Translations under genes and position numbers: made by a program
Notes under the pieces: model-generated
Told to the model about the DNA's origin: nothing
Databases searched by the model: none
What the model saw: only the letters and a program-made list of their open reading frames with translations
Shown: positions 9,633-22,007 of the stretch, piece after piece
Layout of the letters: each line of letters opens with the position of its first letter
How positions within the stretch are numbered: position 1 is the stretch's first letter
NCBI GenBank assembly: GCA_963662465.1
Contig: OY759599.1
Location: 7,392,001-7,456,000, forward strand
From: Desulfatiglandales bacterium
Lineage (GTDB): Bacteria > Desulfobacterota > DSM-4660 > Desulfatiglandales > Desulfatiglandaceae
Direction: 5' to 3'
DNA: 64,000 nt

Positions 9633-11067
9633 CTGTTGCCTCCTTCACTGAGGTTTTAAATTTCAAATGGTATTTGTCGATTTTGGAGTGCAGGGTGGGT
9701 CTTGAAAGCCCCAGTAGTTTGGCTGCCTGAGAACGATTGCCCCCTGTTATATTGAGTGCTTCGCTGATCATCAGGCCGGCAAATCGATCCATGCAGGCAT
9801 CGAAAATGTGGTTTTCATCCCTGACGCTCAAGGCCTCGCGCACCCATTTCCGGATAGCCTCATCATCGGCCATGCCGTCAGTGGGACTCCCCCCATGCCC
9901 CTTTTCACTGATGGCCTGCACAATGTCTTTGGCAGCCACGGGCGCGCCCCTGTTGAAAATAAGGGTCTTCTGGATGGCATTCTGCATTTCCCTCACATTG
10001 CCGGGCCATGGATAGTGTTTGAGCGCAACCATGGCCTCATCCAATATCCCGGGGTTGGCCATGGCCGCATTCGCAGCGCATCTGGCAAGGAAATACCGGG
10101 CCAGCAACGGAACGTCGTCGCACCTGTCTCGAAGCGGCGGCAACCAGATGGTTACCACTTTCAGCCGGTAATACAGATCTTCCCGAAATCGTCCCAGGGA
10201 GAGGGCTTTCTCCAAATCCCGGTTGGTGGCGGCAATGATTCGCACGTCCACTGAAATGGTCTCCCTGCCGCCTAATCGCTCAATGCTTCGCTCCTGAAGA
10301 AGCCGAAGTATCTTGGCCTGAATGCCCTCCGGCATATCACCGATTTCATCCAGGAACACGGTCCCGCCGCCGGCTTGTTCGATCTTCCCCACACGGCGAT
10401 GGGACGCTCCCGTAAAGGCGCCTTTTTCATATCCGAAAAGCTCGCTCTCCAAAAGATTCTCCGGAATAGCCACACAGTTAATCACCAAAAAAGGTTTATC
10501 CGCTCGATGGCTGTGTTGATAGATGGCCCTGGCCACCAATTCCTTGCCGGTTCCGGACTCGCCCCGTATCAGCGCTGTGGCATCGGTGGGCGAGACCCTT
10601 CCGATGGCCTTATAAACATCCTGCATGGGTTTGCTTCTGCCGATAATGGCCTCCCCCGATACATTTTCGGGGGCGCCGTCCATATTTACGGGGGACCGCA
10701 TAAATCGGCCGGCCTCAAGGGCCTGTTTGATCACCCCCAGCATATCCGGGATATCAAAGGGTTTGAGGATATAATCAAAGGCGCCCATCTTGGTGGCTTC
10801 TATGGCGGTTTCCGTTGTGCCGAAAGCCGTCATCATGATCACCGGAAGCTTCGGCTCAATCCCATGGATTTCGGTGAATGTCTCAAGCCCGTTTATCCCG
10901 GGCAACCGCATATCCAGAATCACCAGATCCGGCAATCCACCCTTGATATGCTTGATGCCGGCTTCTCCGGAAGGGGCAACTGCCACAATATATCCCTCTT
11001 CCTTCAGCAGCTTTTCAAAACTGATGCGCAACTGGTCGTCGTCATCGACAATCAGGATCTTGCTCAA
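9625..11067 (-). CDS. Sigma54-dependent response regulator (NtrC family)
   Basis: Receiver domain (IVDDD, LDMRLP, KPF), AAA+ [25 protein letters not shown], and C-terminal Fis HTH. Confidence 0.95.
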   Translation of the reverse strand: MSKILIVDDDDQLRISFEKLLKEEGYIVAVAPSGEAGIKHIKGGLPDLVILDMRLPGINGLETFTEIHGIEPKLPVIMMTAFGTTETAIEATKMGAFDYILKPFDIPDMLGVIKQALEAGRFMRSPVNMDGAPENVSGEAIIGRSKPMQDVYKAIGRVSPTDATALIRGESGTGKELVARAIYQHSHRADKPFLVINCVAIPENLLESELFGYEKGAFTGASHRRVGKIEQAGGGTVFLDEIGDMPEGIQAKILRLLQERSIERLGGRETISVDVRIIAATNRDLEKALSLGRFREDLYYRLKVVTIWLPPLRDRCDDVPLLARYFLARCAANAAMANPGILDEAMVALKHYPWPGNVREMQNAIQKTLIFNRGAPVAAKDIVQAISEKGHGGSPTDGMADDEAIRKWVREALSVRDENHIFDACMDRFAGLMISEALNITGGNRSQAAKLLGLSRPTLHSKIDKYHLKFKTSVKEATDV

Positions 11068-12553
11068 TATTCAACTCCTCAACATTCGGATTTACGGGAA
11101 TCAGGATTTCAAAGGTTGTGCCTTCTCCCGGGTTTGACATGCACCTGAGTTCTCCGCGATGCTCTTCCACAATACGGCTTGCAATGCTCAATCCCAATCC
11201 CGTGCCTTCTTCTTTGGTGGTGAAAAAGGGCTGAAATATCTTTTCTCGGATGGACGGCTCCATTCCGGGCCCATTATCCTCAAGTTTTATCCGAACTGCA
11301 AGTCCGTAGGGGGCGAGATGCGTTTTTTCTTCCGTAATCACGATGGCCCCTCCCTTTCCATTCATGGCCTGGCATGCATTTTCCACCAGGTTCACAAGGA
11401 CTTCTTTCAATTGCTCCGGGTCTCCTTCGATGGTCGGCAAGGATTCTCTTTCCCCGTGAACTTCAATGGAAACATTATAGGATTCAAGCCGATGCCGAAG
11501 CAATTGCAACACCATCTCCACCACATCCGAAGGGTTGATGCGCTGCATGATGAGTTTGGGAGGCCGAGAAAACTCCAGAAAATTCTGAACAATCGTATCG
11601 ATATGACGAATCTCCTCTGAAATTACCTGGAAATCGTCTTTCTGAGCGCTTGACATTTGAAGGGATCTGCCCAGGGAAAACATCCGCATCTTCACCGAGG
11701 TGAGGGGGTTTCGAATACTGTGCGCCATCCCCGCGGCCAATTTTCCCACCGATGCCATTTTTTCAGCCTGGAGCAGGGTCTCCCGACTTTTGAGGAGTTC
11801 ACTTTGGGTATCGTTCACATCGGCAAGAAGGTCATGGACGCTTAGACTCAGAGAGTTCATTTCGTTGCCGCCGTGGTCCGCGCCGCCCTTTCGGTCCGCT
11901 TCTTGCGTTATTTTGCGCAGCGGGGTCAGGATATAATGCATCAGCAAAAACGTCAGCAGCAAACCGATCACCAGGGACAGCAAGATGGCGGTAACGGTAA
12001 TAATCCTTAATTTTTCAGCCTGTTCGCAACTTATGCCCCTCAACTCTTCGATCCTCTCCCGGTGAAGTTTTTTGTATGCTTCACAAAAATCGAGGATCTT
12101 GAAAAACCGGTTGCGCACCCGTTTGTGGATTTCCGCGCCCTTTTTACGATTCCCTTCGATATAACAGGAAATCACCTGGTCTTTTACCGTAATGTAGTGG
12201 AGGTATTCCGATCCGATTTGATCGAGTGCCCGCTTTTGATACGCCGTTTCAATCAGTTTATAGGCTTTGCCGAGCTTTTCCTTGAAAACCTGGCGATGTT
12301 CCCCCAGCTGCCTCAGCCAATCGGGATCACCATCCAGAATATAGTAAGACAGGAAGCCTTTCTGGTTGACCAGCGCGATTTCCAGAGATTCAGCGGTTTG
12401 AAATGCTTCAAGATTTCGATCAATGATATCGGTCAAAAGCGCCTGCATGCGGTAGGTGTACCATACCATGACAAGCCCTCCAACCAGGGTTACCGATAAC
12501 AGGGACACTAAAAGGATGTAAAAACGGACCCTCAGGCTCGCTTTTTGCCACAT
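11042..12553 (-). CDS. Membrane sensor histidine kinase (four-helix-bundle periplasmic sensor)
   Basis: Two TM segments; H-box AHSIRNPL, N-box NLVENACQA, DNGPG, FFTTK, GTGLGL. Confidence 0.93.
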   Translation of the reverse strand: MWQKASLRVRFYILLVSLLSVTLVGGLVMVWYTYRMQALLTDIIDRNLEAFQTAESLEIALVNQKGFLSYYILDGDPDWLRQLGEHRQVFKEKLGKAYKLIETAYQKRALDQIGSEYLHYITVKDQVISCYIEGNRKKGAEIHKRVRNRFFKILDFCEAYKKLHRERIEELRGISCEQAEKLRIITVTAILLSLVIGLLLTFLLMHYILTPLRKITQEADRKGGADHGGNEMNSLSLSVHDLLADVNDTQSELLKSRETLLQAEKMASVGKLAAGMAHSIRNPLTSVKMRMFSLGRSLQMSSAQKDDFQVISEEIRHIDTIVQNFLEFSRPPKLIMQRINPSDVVEMVLQLLRHRLESYNVSIEVHGERESLPTIEGDPEQLKEVLVNLVENACQAMNGKGGAIVITEEKTHLAPYGLAVRIKLEDNGPGMEPSIREKIFQPFFTTKEEGTGLGLSIASRIVEEHRGELRCMSNPGEGTTFEILIPVNPNVEELNIEQDPDCR

Positions 12554-12752
12554 TTTTTAATCCTCTCATCAATTATGGAAACAGACCGGCATACCCAACA
12601 AACGGGTTTTGCTCTTGCCTAGCCTAATATCATGTATTATATTCATCAATTGTTTTTTTGGCTATGGTTAAAGTGTTCAGGTTCTTCGGCATATTCTCCC
12701 TGGCGCAAAAAAAGCGTCCGCCCCCCCAATTTTTACAAAAGAGAAAACCATC

Positions 12753-13250
12753 ATGAAAGATCAGCTCTTGTGCCCACACTGCGGAAAACCGGTTTTCCGA
12801 TATCGCAATCCTTTTCCAACTGTGGACATCATTATTGAAACCGAATGTTACGCCCCAAACGGCATCGTTGAAACAGGGGAACAGGAGTCCCGCGAAAGCG
12901 GCATTGTTTTGATAAAGCGGAAGAATCCGCCCCACGGCTGGGCCCTGCCCGGCGGTTTTGTGGACTACGGAGAAACCCTTGAGTCGGCTGCCGTTAGGGA
13001 AGCACGCGAAGAAACATGCCTGAATGTGGTTCTTTCATATCAACTGGGTGCTTATTCCGATCCATCAAGGGATCCCAGGCATCATTCCATTTCCGTGGTT
13101 TTTGTTGCAAAGGCCGCGGGAAAGCCGACAGCAGCCGACGATGCGGCGGAAGTCGGTATTTTCAAGGCGGACGCCCTTCCGGAACCGCTGGTTTTCGATC
13201 ATGAAAAAATCCTGAGAGACTATTTCAAAAAATGCGGCAAAAAAGGCTGA
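12753..13250 (+). CDS. NUDIX hydrolase (ADP-ribose pyrophosphatase-like)
   Basis: Nudix box [25 protein letters not shown] motif, N-terminal CPHCG. Confidence 0.92.
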   Translation: MKDQLLCPHCGKPVFRYRNPFPTVDIIIETECYAPNGIVETGEQESRESGIVLIKRKNPPHGWALPGGFVDYGETLESAAVREAREETCLNVVLSYQLGAYSDPSRDPRHHSISVVFVAKAAGKPTAADDAAEVGIFKADALPEPLVFDHEKILRDYFKKCGKKG

Positions 13251-16200
13251 AAACCATTCTTTTGCCGGTTCTTCTCTTTTTGTCGTTATTCGTTTTTCTG
13301 GCACTCTTCGATTTTCTCATCCACACCGATCCGGTGCAACGCTATCTTTTGGGGCAACTGTCGCGGGCCATAGGCTATGAACTCCATGCTGAAACGGTAA
13401 CCTTCAGCTTTTCCCACGGAATCGGCATCAGAGCCCGTAATTTCAGTGTGTCCACGCCTGGGGGAAATGAGAAAGCGGGGGCTTCCAGGATCAGGATGGA
13501 TTTTGATTTGGGGGAACTTTTGAAGGGACGGGTCGTCCCTACGGAACTGGTAATCCTTGACCCCAAAATCCACTTGGCGGCTCAAAAGAACCGGGGATTT
13601 TCCTTTCAGGGAAAAAAACCGGTTTTAGAAAAATCCCATATGGAAATATTGGCGGCATTCCCACTGGTTTCCCTGGAAAATGCCCATGTTGTTCTGGAAA
13701 AAGCAGGCTTGACATTAAAAAAACTGAACATTCGCCTGACCCGGAAATCAAAGCATCCAATTCTTCTGGATGTTTCCATGGCGGGAACAGCCTTTTACAA
13801 TGGGGCAATGGCGCCCTTTTCCGGAAAAGGGGTGATTTCAGAAGATGCTGAAACCGGCCTTTTTGTTGACGGGCGGTTCCATATGAAAGAAATTCCCCTG
13901 GCGCGCCTTCCCCTGCCGGACGATTTGCAGGTGAAAAGGGGGTCTGCGGAAATAAACGTCGCGGTGAAAGGCTTTTCGGATGGAACGCTGACACTTGATG
14001 GAAAACTGGTCTTCAGAGAACCGGCGTTTCTTCTGGTTGATGGCGGGGATAAAAAGGCTTTTGATTTTGATTGCCTCACGATTCCTTTTAATGCCGCCTA
14101 TGTGGATTCTGTGTTGAAAATACCCTTTTTTCAGATTCAAAACACCGCTTTTACGTTGAAGGGCGCCTCAACCTTCGATTTTACCACCCCTGGGGAGTCT
14201 CACCTGGATCTGATGGTAGAAAGCCCTTTTATGACACTGGCCGCATTCAAACGGATCTTCCCTTCATCACTCCTGCCAAGCTGGCTGGAAACCCGCATTT
14301 TCCCTATTTTTTCCGGCGGCAATGTCCGTGTGGACCTTTTTTCTCTCAATGGTCCGTGGCGCAGGCTCGAAAATCTTGATCTTCAGGAAAATGCTGATTT
14401 ATTGCGGTTGCAACTTACCTGCAATGGGTTCACGGCTTTTAACGATGAGCCGGGTTTGCAAGTGGATCGCGTTTCGGGCAACCTGGAAATCAGAAAGGGG
14501 GAAATTCATGTTTCCCAGGTCAATGGCCGTTTCGGACAATCGCGAATAGACTCCGGAAGCCTTTTTCTCAAGGATCTCTATGTGGATGACCCTTATGTCC
14601 GCGTGATGGTCGGGGGATCATTTCGGGTGGAAGACCTTCTGGCCCGAGCCCGCCTGAAACTGATTCCACCTGAGGTCCGCGCAAAAATCCTGGAAATTGA
14701 AGGCGCCGCCGGAAAACTGGACGGCAAGGTAAACATTGTGTACGAGCCGGAATGGCATTTTCCAAAAATGGAAACGGGCGTCATCATGTTTTCGGATGGC
14801 GCCCTCAATGACCCGAACATTCCTTTTCCGGTTCTGATCAAGGAAGGGACGCTCAAAATTACCCCTGAAGGGGGGACATTTGTTGCGGAAGGACAGTGGG
14901 GCAAATCAAGGTTGAGCGCTTCCGGAAACCTGGGGGCCGACTGGCAAACCGGGGAAGCGCATTTGGTCGCCATGGCGGATATGGAGGAACTGCTGGGTCA
15001 TTTTTATCCGGATCTACAGACATCCATGGCCTTCAAAAACCGGATCCCCTGCCAGGTGAGCCTCTCCAAAAAGAAAAACTGGACCTTCCATGGGGCACTT
15101 GACCTGAAACAGGCCCTCCTTGAAACGGAATCCATGACCATTGATCCCTTCGGCAATGAGGGCGGCATTCTTTTCAGCGGCATCGTTGTACCGGAGAAAC
15201 AGTTCACCCTGAGGAATCTGCAATGCAACCTGGGGCAATCATCCTTTGCACTGAGCGGCGCCTATGACCTGGCGAACAGAGATGCCTTTAACTTTAATGT
15301 ATCCAGCAAGAAACTTCGGCTTGAAGATCTGGGAATTCGATTTAAAAAAGGGAACTTCAGCGCTAAAGGGGACCTCAAATGTAAGATTTCGGCCACCGCC
15401 TCTCGCCAAAACCCATCAAACACCCGGTTGACCGGACGAATGGAGGGACAAGCGCTCTCTTTTGCCACAAGGGCTTTTCCCCACCCCATAACGGACTGCA
15501 ATTTTCAGTTGAACTTTGCGGGAAAGGACGTTTTTATTGAGTCTCTCGCACTCAAACTGGGAAAGAGTCCCATTCATTTGAAAGGGGAGTTTCAGGGATG
15601 GGATGGCATGACGGGGGAAATGATTGTTCGCTCCGAGTTCCTGGACCTTAACGATCTGATTCCGGAGGAAATGGCGGAAAAATTCGAGAAAGGGAATTTT
15701 GAACGGGTACTCAAAAATATAGGCAAGGGCGTCAATGTCGGAAGCGTCAAAATGGAACCCGGTTGGAAAAAAGGCGCCCATCATTTTGTGGAAACATCGG
15801 ATGTTCATTTCAATATAACGGCTCCCAGGGTTCGCTGGGAAGAGGCCGAATTCGGTCCTCTCAAAATTGAATGCGCCCTACGTTCCAAGGACCTTTATAT
15901 AAACCGGTCTAGTCTGCGGTTTGAACGGGGAAAACTCCTGTTGCGGGGACATGTGAAGCGGGGAGAAAAGCCCGAAACGCTTTTCACCAGCTACCTGGAA
16001 ATGGTCCAACAACCCCTGGAAGACTTACCATCGCCCCTTGCATTCGTTAAAAGCCGTCTGGAGGGCAAACTAACCATGGAATCTTTGCTTTTTGCGCGGG
16101 GAAACACAACGGAAGACCTGCTTTCGAGTTTCACGGGGAGTGCGAATGTTCTTCTGGAACAAGGGGTCGTGAGGAAAAGCAACGTCTTCATCAAAATCCT

Positions 16201-16714
16201 GGATGACATGAGTTTGACCCGGGTTTTTGAAACGAGACCTGAAAACCTGTCAAAGGACGGCCTCTATTTCCATCGCATCGAAGGTCGCATGGACATCGAA
16301 AAAGGGATCGTCAAAGCCGACAATCTGGCCATGGAAAGCCCTGTATTTAACGCTTTGGCAGAGGGGTGGGCCGACCTCCGCACCGGGATGATCAACGCCG
16401 AAATCGGCGTTCATCCGCTGGTCACGGCAGATCTCCTGGTGAGTAAAATTCCCATACTGGGGTACCTGTTGAGAGGAGACGACAATACCGTGGCGGCTGA
16501 ATATTTCCAGGTGGATGGAAAGATGTCGGATCCGGATGTCCGATACATGACCTTTAAGAGCATGAGCAATGGAACCTACAGCTTTTTTAAGCGATTGTTT
16601 CTTTCCCCTCAAAGACTTTTCCAAAATATCAGCGAAGCCGCCGGCGATTTTGAACAAAAGGGATTGTTGTTGCCGGATGAAAGTCTTCAACCGGAATACG
16701 ACATGGCAAAATGA
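13232..16714 (+). CDS. AsmA-like / YhdP-family intermembrane lipid bridge protein
   Basis: 1160 aa with an N-terminal TM anchor, long beta-rich body and AsmA_2-type C-terminus ([10 protein letters not shown]...[13 protein letters not shown]). Confidence 0.8.
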   Translation: MRQKRLKTILLPVLLFLSLFVFLALFDFLIHTDPVQRYLLGQLSRAIGYELHAETVTFSFSHGIGIRARNFSVSTPGGNEKAGASRIRMDFDLGELLKGRVVPTELVILDPKIHLAAQKNRGFSFQGKKPVLEKSHMEILAAFPLVSLENAHVVLEKAGLTLKKLNIRLTRKSKHPILLDVSMAGTAFYNGAMAPFSGKGVISEDAETGLFVDGRFHMKEIPLARLPLPDDLQVKRGSAEINVAVKGFSDGTLTLDGKLVFREPAFLLVDGGDKKAFDFDCLTIPFNAAYVDSVLKIPFFQIQNTAFTLKGASTFDFTTPGESHLDLMVESPFMTLAAFKRIFPSSLLPSWLETRIFPIFSGGNVRVDLFSLNGPWRRLENLDLQENADLLRLQLTCNGFTAFNDEPGLQVDRVSGNLEIRKGEIHVSQVNGRFGQSRIDSGSLFLKDLYVDDPYVRVMVGGSFRVEDLLARARLKLIPPEVRAKILEIEGAAGKLDGKVNIVYEPEWHFPKMETGVIMFSDGALNDPNIPFPVLIKEGTLKITPEGGTFVAEGQWGKSRLSASGNLGADWQTGEAHLVAMADMEELLGHFYPDLQTSMAFKNRIPCQVSLSKKKNWTFHGALDLKQALLETESMTIDPFGNEGGILFSGIVVPEKQFTLRNLQCNLGQSSFALSGAYDLANRDAFNFNVSSKKLRLEDLGIRFKKGNFSAKGDLKCKISATASRQNPSNTRLTGRMEGQALSFATRAFPHPITDCNFQLNFAGKDVFIESLALKLGKSPIHLKGEFQGWDGMTGEMIVRSEFLDLNDLIPEEMAEKFEKGNFERVLKNIGKGVNVGSVKMEPGWKKGAHHFVETSDVHFNITAPRVRWEEAEFGPLKIECALRSKDLYINRSSLRFERGKLLLRGHVKRGEKPETLFTSYLEMVQQPLEDLPSPLAFVKSRLEGKLTMESLLFARGNTTEDLLSSFTGSANVLLEQGVVRKSNVFIKILDDMSLTRVFETRPENLSKDGLYFHRIEGRMDIEKGIVKADNLAMESPVFNALAEGWADLRTGMINAEIGVHPLVTADLLVSKIPILGYLLRGDDNTVAAEYFQVDGKMSDPDVRYMTFKSMSNGTYSFFKRLFLSPQRLFQNISEAAGDFEQKGLLLPDESLQPEYDMAK

Positions 16715-16730
16715 CCCCAAAGAAAGCGCC

Positions 16731-16777
16731 TTGACATGTAACCCTATGGTGGATACAATCGATAATATCAATAATAT
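16731..16777 (+). promoter_or_regulatory. Sigma70 promoter of the TA operon with downstream direct repeat
   Basis: TTGACA (16731-16736), 17 bp, TACAAT (16754-16759). ATAATAT repeated at 16762 and 16771 is a candidate RHH operator. Confidence 0.7.
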
Positions 16778-16796
16778 GACATTGGAGGTCCTGTTC

Positions 16797-17057
16797 ATGG
16801 CCACACAAAGAATAGCCATTACGATCCCCCCACCTTTCCTTAAAAGGCTGGATGAATGGGCTAATAAAATGGGTCAATCAAGGAGTCGTTTCATTGTAGA
16901 GGAACTGGACAACAGGTTGAAAGTGCTTGAAGACGAGGAAATTACGAAAATGTATAATGAAGTTTGCACTGACCTGGACGCCTCAGCATACGACCATGAG
17001 ATTGCGGAGGAAATGCTTGGCGCAAGTTCAATTCAGGAAGAGGCGGAAAAATGGTAG
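16797..17057 (+). CDS. Ribbon-helix-helix (CopG/MazE-like) antitoxin
   Basis: GGAGG RBS, then MATQRIAITIP...LDEWANKMGQSRSRFI (RHH) and an acidic tail. Overlaps the toxin start. Confidence 0.85.
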   Translation: MATQRIAITIPPPFLKRLDEWANKMGQSRSRFIVEELDNRLKVLEDEEITKMYNEVCTDLDASAYDHEIAEEMLGASSIQEEAEKW

Positions 17058-17404
17058 TCTGTCAGGGTGATGTTTTTTGGGCCAGTCTCTCTCCAAAAAC
17101 CGGATCTGAGCCGGCTTACAAAAGACCCGTAGTGGTCGTCCAAAGGGATTCCATCAATCGCAGTAAATTTCGCACTGTCGTGATTATACCGCTTACAAAG
17201 CAAATCAAGCACGTTGCCCTGCCGGGAAATGTTCTTATTTCAAAAGGTGAAGCGAATCTCCCAAGACCAAGCTTGGCGAGGGGAACTCATATGATGGTAC
17301 TTGATAAAAGCCGGTTGATTGAAAAAATTGGAACACTCTCCCAAAAAAGAATCAACGAAATCATCGACAGTATCATCTGGATCCTTGGCGTAACCTGTCA
17401 TTAA
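17051..17404 (+). CDS. mazF: PemK/MazF-family endoribonuclease toxin
   Basis: QGDVFWASL.PKTGSEPAYKRPVVVVQ...IIPLT...LPGNV...EANLPRPS, the canonical MazF pattern. Confidence 0.92.
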   Translation: MVVCQGDVFWASLSPKTGSEPAYKRPVVVVQRDSINRSKFRTVVIIPLTKQIKHVALPGNVLISKGEANLPRPSLARGTHMMVLDKSRLIEKIGTLSQKRINEIIDSIIWILGVTCH

Positions 17405-17492
17405 ACGATTCTTAAATTCTACATCCTACTTGAATTTTGTGAAACATGATTAAAGACAACCGTTCAAATAGAAACACTCAGAGGATTGCCTC

Positions 17493-19337
17493 ATGGCCAA
17501 ATTAGGACTTGTTGACATTTTTAAAAAGAGGACCCGACATCCTTTCAGACCCAGATCATCGGATGTGATCAACCGGTTATTCTCCGACTTCATGCCTTTT
17601 GGTTCGTATCGAAGCGATTCTCTGATTGCGGGTTCCTGCCAGTATGCCGACAAACTGCTCTATGTGGTGGCCCAACAGAAGCCCAAACCCGAAAATCTCA
17701 GAAGTGATGAGGACCTCAAAAAACTGAATTACGGCATGCTCACTTCCGATGATCACTCCGTTATTCTTTCCGTGCTGAGGGACGCCTGCAACCAGGATCT
17801 GAACAACACGTTTCTTTTTTCGATTATTGATACCTATGGCGCCGATATCTCCATGTATTCGGCCCAGCGATTCCAGGCTTTTTTTATTGCCCACCTGATT
17901 CGGGAATTTTTGACCATTCCCATCAGGACCATCTCTCTGATTCTTGGGGAAGGGGGCAGCGGCGGCGCCCTGGCAATCCAGGTAACCGACATTCGGGGTC
18001 AGATGGAGGATGCCTTGTATGCCACGGCCCCCCCCGAAAGTATGGCGTCTATTGTATTTAGAGACCCGGAACGAATTGAAGATGCCCTGGCCATATTGAA
18101 ACCGGGCGCTAAAGACCTCAAAAACCTGGGCGTCATCGATCGCATCGTACCCATATCCGAGGATGTCGCAGATGCCGCCGCCATGTCCGCCAATATCGAT
18201 CAATTTCTGACCAAGGCCATCAAGGATCTGTCGCGAAGTAAAGTTGAAAAGCTGATCAAAAGGCGGGAAATCAGGGCCAAGCAGTATGGCGTGTCCAAAG
18301 GAAGCGGAACGCTTTACGACATTAAACGTTATATTGAAACCCCCATCAAAAAAGCCTTTCGAAAACCTCCGCCAAACATTGAAATTGTCAATTATACCAG
18401 CCTTACGGAAGTGGGCGATGATTACGGCAATATTCAGCATGTGGCAACCAACAAAGCGTTGATCGAATGCGGCGCGGGCATGCAGGGGGATAAACGGCGA
18501 AAAGGCTGCGGCAAGCTGATTCCCCTTAAGGCGCTCCTGGACAACTTCAATGTGTGTCCGGAATGCGGTTTTTCCTACACCCTGGGGGCAAGCGGCTGGA
18601 TAGATTGCCTGGCCGATACGGGCAGCTTTCATGAACTCTACCGCAATTTAACCGTGGACCAACTCCTGGAAGATGCCGCTATCACGGATTATTACCGAGA
18701 CTTCCTGGCTAAACAGGAAGGGCATTCTCACTTCAACGAATCCCTGGTGGTGGGCAGCGCGCGGGTCAACCAGATGCGGACCGTCATGGCATTGAGTACC
18801 TTCTACTACTGCGGCGGTTCCATGGGGGTGGTATTCGGCGAGAAATTCAGAAGGGGTGTGGATTACGCCATCCAGAAAAGTCTTCCGTTTATCAGCCTGT
18901 GCTGCTCGGGCGGCGCAAGGCTTTATGAAGGGATATCGGCACTGATGCAGATGGTCAAAACCATTGAATCCATTAACCGCCTCAGGAAAAGCGGCCTGCC
19001 CTATATATCGATTCTTGCAGACCCTGCCACGGGGGGGGCCATTGCCAGCTATGCGGCCCTGGGAGACATCGTGATTGCCGAACCCGGCGCGTTGGTGATT
19101 TTTGCGGGACCCAGAGTGATGAAATCAAGCGGATTCGAGGTGGACGAAAGGCTGGTGAGAAGCCAGTCCCTGCATGAGATCTCGGGTGAAATTTATAAAA
19201 ACCTTGATTACTACCACAATATCAGGGGTATCCAGGAGATTTGCGAAAGGAAAAAGATGAAATTGTGCGTTTCCAAATACCTGGAATACTACTATCGAAG
19301 CGAATTCAGGGGAAAAAAGAAAGGGCGCAAGAATTAG
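17493..19337 (+). CDS. Fused acyl-CoA carboxylase carboxyltransferase (alpha-like N-half, beta-like C-half)
   Basis: AccA-like IDTYGA and GEGGSGGALAI, followed by an AccD-like zinc finger (C...CG...VCPECG), GGSMGVVFGEK, SGGARLYEG and FAGPRV. Confidence 0.85.
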   Translation: MAKLGLVDIFKKRTRHPFRPRSSDVINRLFSDFMPFGSYRSDSLIAGSCQYADKLLYVVAQQKPKPENLRSDEDLKKLNYGMLTSDDHSVILSVLRDACNQDLNNTFLFSIIDTYGADISMYSAQRFQAFFIAHLIREFLTIPIRTISLILGEGGSGGALAIQVTDIRGQMEDALYATAPPESMASIVFRDPERIEDALAILKPGAKDLKNLGVIDRIVPISEDVADAAAMSANIDQFLTKAIKDLSRSKVEKLIKRREIRAKQYGVSKGSGTLYDIKRYIETPIKKAFRKPPPNIEIVNYTSLTEVGDDYGNIQHVATNKALIECGAGMQGDKRRKGCGKLIPLKALLDNFNVCPECGFSYTLGASGWIDCLADTGSFHELYRNLTVDQLLEDAAITDYYRDFLAKQEGHSHFNESLVVGSARVNQMRTVMALSTFYYCGGSMGVVFGEKFRRGVDYAIQKSLPFISLCCSGGARLYEGISALMQMVKTIESINRLRKSGLPYISILADPATGGAIASYAALGDIVIAEPGALVIFAGPRVMKSSGFEVDERLVRSQSLHEISGEIYKNLDYYHNIRGIQEICERKKMKLCVSKYLEYYYRSEFRGKKKGRKN

Positions 19338-19370
19338 AGAATCTCCCGCACCCTTTGAACCCTGGTTTTG

Positions 19371-20306
19371 TTAACCGAGCCGCTTCATATCTTCAACCAG
19401 ACTCCGCACGGCATCGGCGGACCGATTAAGGGCTGCTGCTTCATCATCGGTCAGCTCGATTTCAATAATTTCTTCAGCGCCATTTGCCCCCAGCTTCACG
19501 GGAACGCCGATAAACAGATCCTTAATGCCGTACTCTCCGGTTAAATAGGCCGCACAGGGCAGAATTTTTTTCTTATCCTTGAGAATCGCCTCGGCCATTT
19601 CCACGACGGCGGAAGCCGGTGCATAGTAGGCGCTGCCGGTTTTGAGCAATCCCACGATTTCAGCGCCGCCGTTCCGTGTTCTCTCCACCAGCGCATCAAT
19701 CCTTTCGGCCGACATCAACTGGGTGATGGGGATGCCGGCAACGCTTGAAAAACGGGGTAAGGGAACCATGCTATCGCCATGTCCCCCCATCACGAAAGCA
19801 TGGGTATTCTCAACGGAAACGTTTAACTCCATGGCGATGAACGCCCGAAAACGGGCGGAATCCAGAACCCCCGCCATGCCCAGAACCCTGTTCTTGGGAA
19901 ATCCGCTGGCATTGTAGGCCGCGTGGCACATGGCATCCAGGGGATTGCTCACGATGATCAACACCGCATTGGGGGCAACGGCCGCAATACCTCGGGTAAC
20001 CGTGTTCATGATGCCCATATTCGTGGCTAGGAGGTCATCCCGGCTCATGCCCGGCTTTCTCGGAATCCCTGCTGTAATAATGACGATATCGGAATCTTTT
20101 GCCTGTGTATAGTCGTTTGTTGCACCGATGATGTTTGCGTCATGCTTTTCAATGGGCGCGGCCTCCATCAAGTCCAGGGCCTTTCCAGCCGACATCCCAT
20201 CGAGGACGTCGATTAGCACCACATTTGCCAATTCCTTTTCAGCAAGACGCATTGCTACTGTAGCGCCGACATGTCCCGCCCCGATGACCGTTGCTTTCTT
20301 CGTCAT
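19371..20306 (-). CDS. mdh: Malate dehydrogenase (LDH-like)
   Basis: [51 protein letters not shown] before ATG 20306. Confidence 0.96.
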   Translation of the reverse strand: MTKKATVIGAGHVGATVAMRLAEKELANVVLIDVLDGMSAGKALDLMEAAPIEKHDANIIGATNDYTQAKDSDIVIITAGIPRKPGMSRDDLLATNMGIMNTVTRGIAAVAPNAVLIIVSNPLDAMCHAAYNASGFPKNRVLGMAGVLDSARFRAFIAMELNVSVENTHAFVMGGHGDSMVPLPRFSSVAGIPITQLMSAERIDALVERTRNGGAEIVGLLKTGSAYYAPASAVVEMAEAILKDKKKILPCAAYLTGEYGIKDLFIGVPVKLGANGAEEIIEIELTDDEAAALNRSADAVRSLVEDMKRLG

Positions 20307-20375
20307 TTTGTTGCTCCTTTCCTTAATGGATTCATGAGCTTTCCCATTGTGCTGCCTGAGCGCTCTACATGACGA

Positions 20376-20404
20376 ATTATAGGGAAGATGAAATGGGGGG
20401 TCAA
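20376..20404 (-). promoter_or_regulatory. Sigma70 promoter of mdh
   Basis: Minus strand TTGACC, 17 bp, TATAAT. Confidence 0.7.
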
Positions 20405-20524
20405 GGAAGAAAGCATTGACATGACGTCCGCCTTTATGTACCGACAAATACACATTAACTGAACATAGGGTGAGTGGTCCGGAATCACTTTGTGATCTCG
20501 GACCACGGCGCTCGGGTAAAAGCC

Positions 20525-21994
20525 TTATTTGGTCAGTGTAACGGCGATGAAACCTTTGTTGCTTCTCAGGATATAAAGGGAAATGGTTTCTCCTTCCTTG
20601 AATTTATCCAACCTTTTCAAATACTGGTCCACGTTTTCCACTTCATGGTGATTGATTTCTTTAATGAGGTCGCCCGGCAGAACGCCTGCTTCCTCTCCTT
20701 TGCTGTCCGGTTCCACGCCCACCACCATGACGCCTTTTTCATCCTGGAGCCTGAACTGGGAAATGATTTCCGGGGTCAGGTTGGATACGCCAATGCCCAG
20801 CGGGTTCGTTTTTTGAATTTCGGAACTTTGGGCGGTCGTCATGTTGTCCGGCCTTTTTCCCAGCCCGATGGTGAACTTCTTTTTAGCGCCGTTTCGCAGC
20901 ACCAGAAGTTGTGTTTCCTGGCCCACCGGGGATTCTGCGATGGTGCGGCTCAGTTCCCGACTGCTGTCAACTTCCTTGCCGTTGACTTCCAATATGATGT
21001 CTTTGGCGTGAATGCCGGCTTTTTCCGCCGGATCGCCTGGGAAAACCTTGGTCACCAGGACGCCCTCATCCCCCTTGACGCCATAATAGGTCTTCAGCTC
21101 CTCCGTGAGGTCCTGAATGCCGATGCCCAGCCAGCCCCGGGTGACTTCACCTTTGCTCTGCAATTGCTCGATGATCCCCTTGGCCATGTTGACGGGAATG
21201 GCAAAGCCGATGCCCTGGCCCCCGGCGATAATGGCGGTATTAATGCCCACAACCTTTCCCGACATGTCAATGAGGGGACCGCCGCTGTTGCCCGGGTTGA
21301 TGGAGGCATCGGTTTGGATGAAGTCATCATAGGGCCCCGAACCGATCACCCGGCCTTTGGCGCTGATGATGCCCACGGTGACCGTATGTTCCAGGCCAAA
21401 GGGGTTCCCGATGGCCATGACCCATTCCCCCACCTTGACATGGTCCGAATCACCGAACTGGATGGTGGGCAATTTGCCGTCGGATTTGATTTTGATGAGG
21501 GCCAAATCCGTGTTGGGATCCCGCCCCTTGACTTCCGCATCGAACTCCCGATTGTCTTTTAGGATCACCTTGATTTTGTCCGCATCCTCCACCACGTGGT
21601 TGTTGGTGACGATGAAGCCGGACTGGTCAATAATAAAACCTGAGCCGAGGCTTCGCTGTTTGAATCCCTGGTTGGGGCGTCCTCCAAAAAATTTCTCAAA
21701 AAAATCGCGAAAGGGATCATCTTTGTCAAATGGCCCGCCCTTGAAATGGGGCGCCATTTCCGTGTGCCGTTTGCCGTTTTTTTCCGAACGAATATTGACT
21801 ACGGCCGGGCTGTATTTTTCGGCCAGTTCCGTAAAGCTTTGAGGCGCCCACTGTACATGCCCCTCCTTCTGGGACGAGGCATGGGCGGCTGGAATTGATC
21901 CGACCGACAAGATGACAAAGGCGGCCATCAGAAAGATCGGAGCCAATGCCGCTGTTTCGAATGAAAGCGTTTTTTTTCCTGTACAAATTTTCAT
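20525..21994 (-). CDS. degQ: DegP/DegQ (HtrA) periplasmic serine protease with two PDZ domains
   Basis: [36 protein letters not shown], then two PDZ domains. Confidence 0.93.
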   Translation of the reverse strand: MKICTGKKTLSFETAALAPIFLMAAFVILSVGSIPAAHASSQKEGHVQWAPQSFTELAEKYSPAVVNIRSEKNGKRHTEMAPHFKGGPFDKDDPFRDFFEKFFGGRPNQGFKQRSLGSGFIIDQSGFIVTNNHVVEDADKIKVILKDNREFDAEVKGRDPNTDLALIKIKSDGKLPTIQFGDSDHVKVGEWVMAIGNPFGLEHTVTVGIISAKGRVIGSGPYDDFIQTDASINPGNSGGPLIDMSGKVVGINTAIIAGGQGIGFAIPVNMAKGIIEQLQSKGEVTRGWLGIGIQDLTEELKTYYGVKGDEGVLVTKVFPGDPAEKAGIHAKDIILEVNGKEVDSSRELSRTIAESPVGQETQLLVLRNGAKKKFTIGLGKRPDNMTTAQSSEIQKTNPLGIGVSNLTPEIISQFRLQDEKGVMVVGVEPDSKGEEAGVLPGDLIKEINHHEVENVDQYLKRLDKFKEGETISLYILRSNKGFIAVTLTK

Positions 21995-22007
21995 GGTTTT
22001 CTCCTGT

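Noticed and set aside
16569..16796. N-terminal extension of the antitoxin ORF
   Set aside because: Overlaps the AsmA gene and the promoter. RBS supports ATG 16797.
17577..18632. 351-aa minus-strand ORF
   Set aside because: Antisense shadow of the carboxyltransferase gene.
20474..21562. 362-aa plus-strand ORF
   Set aside because: Antisense shadow of degQ with no recognisable motifs.
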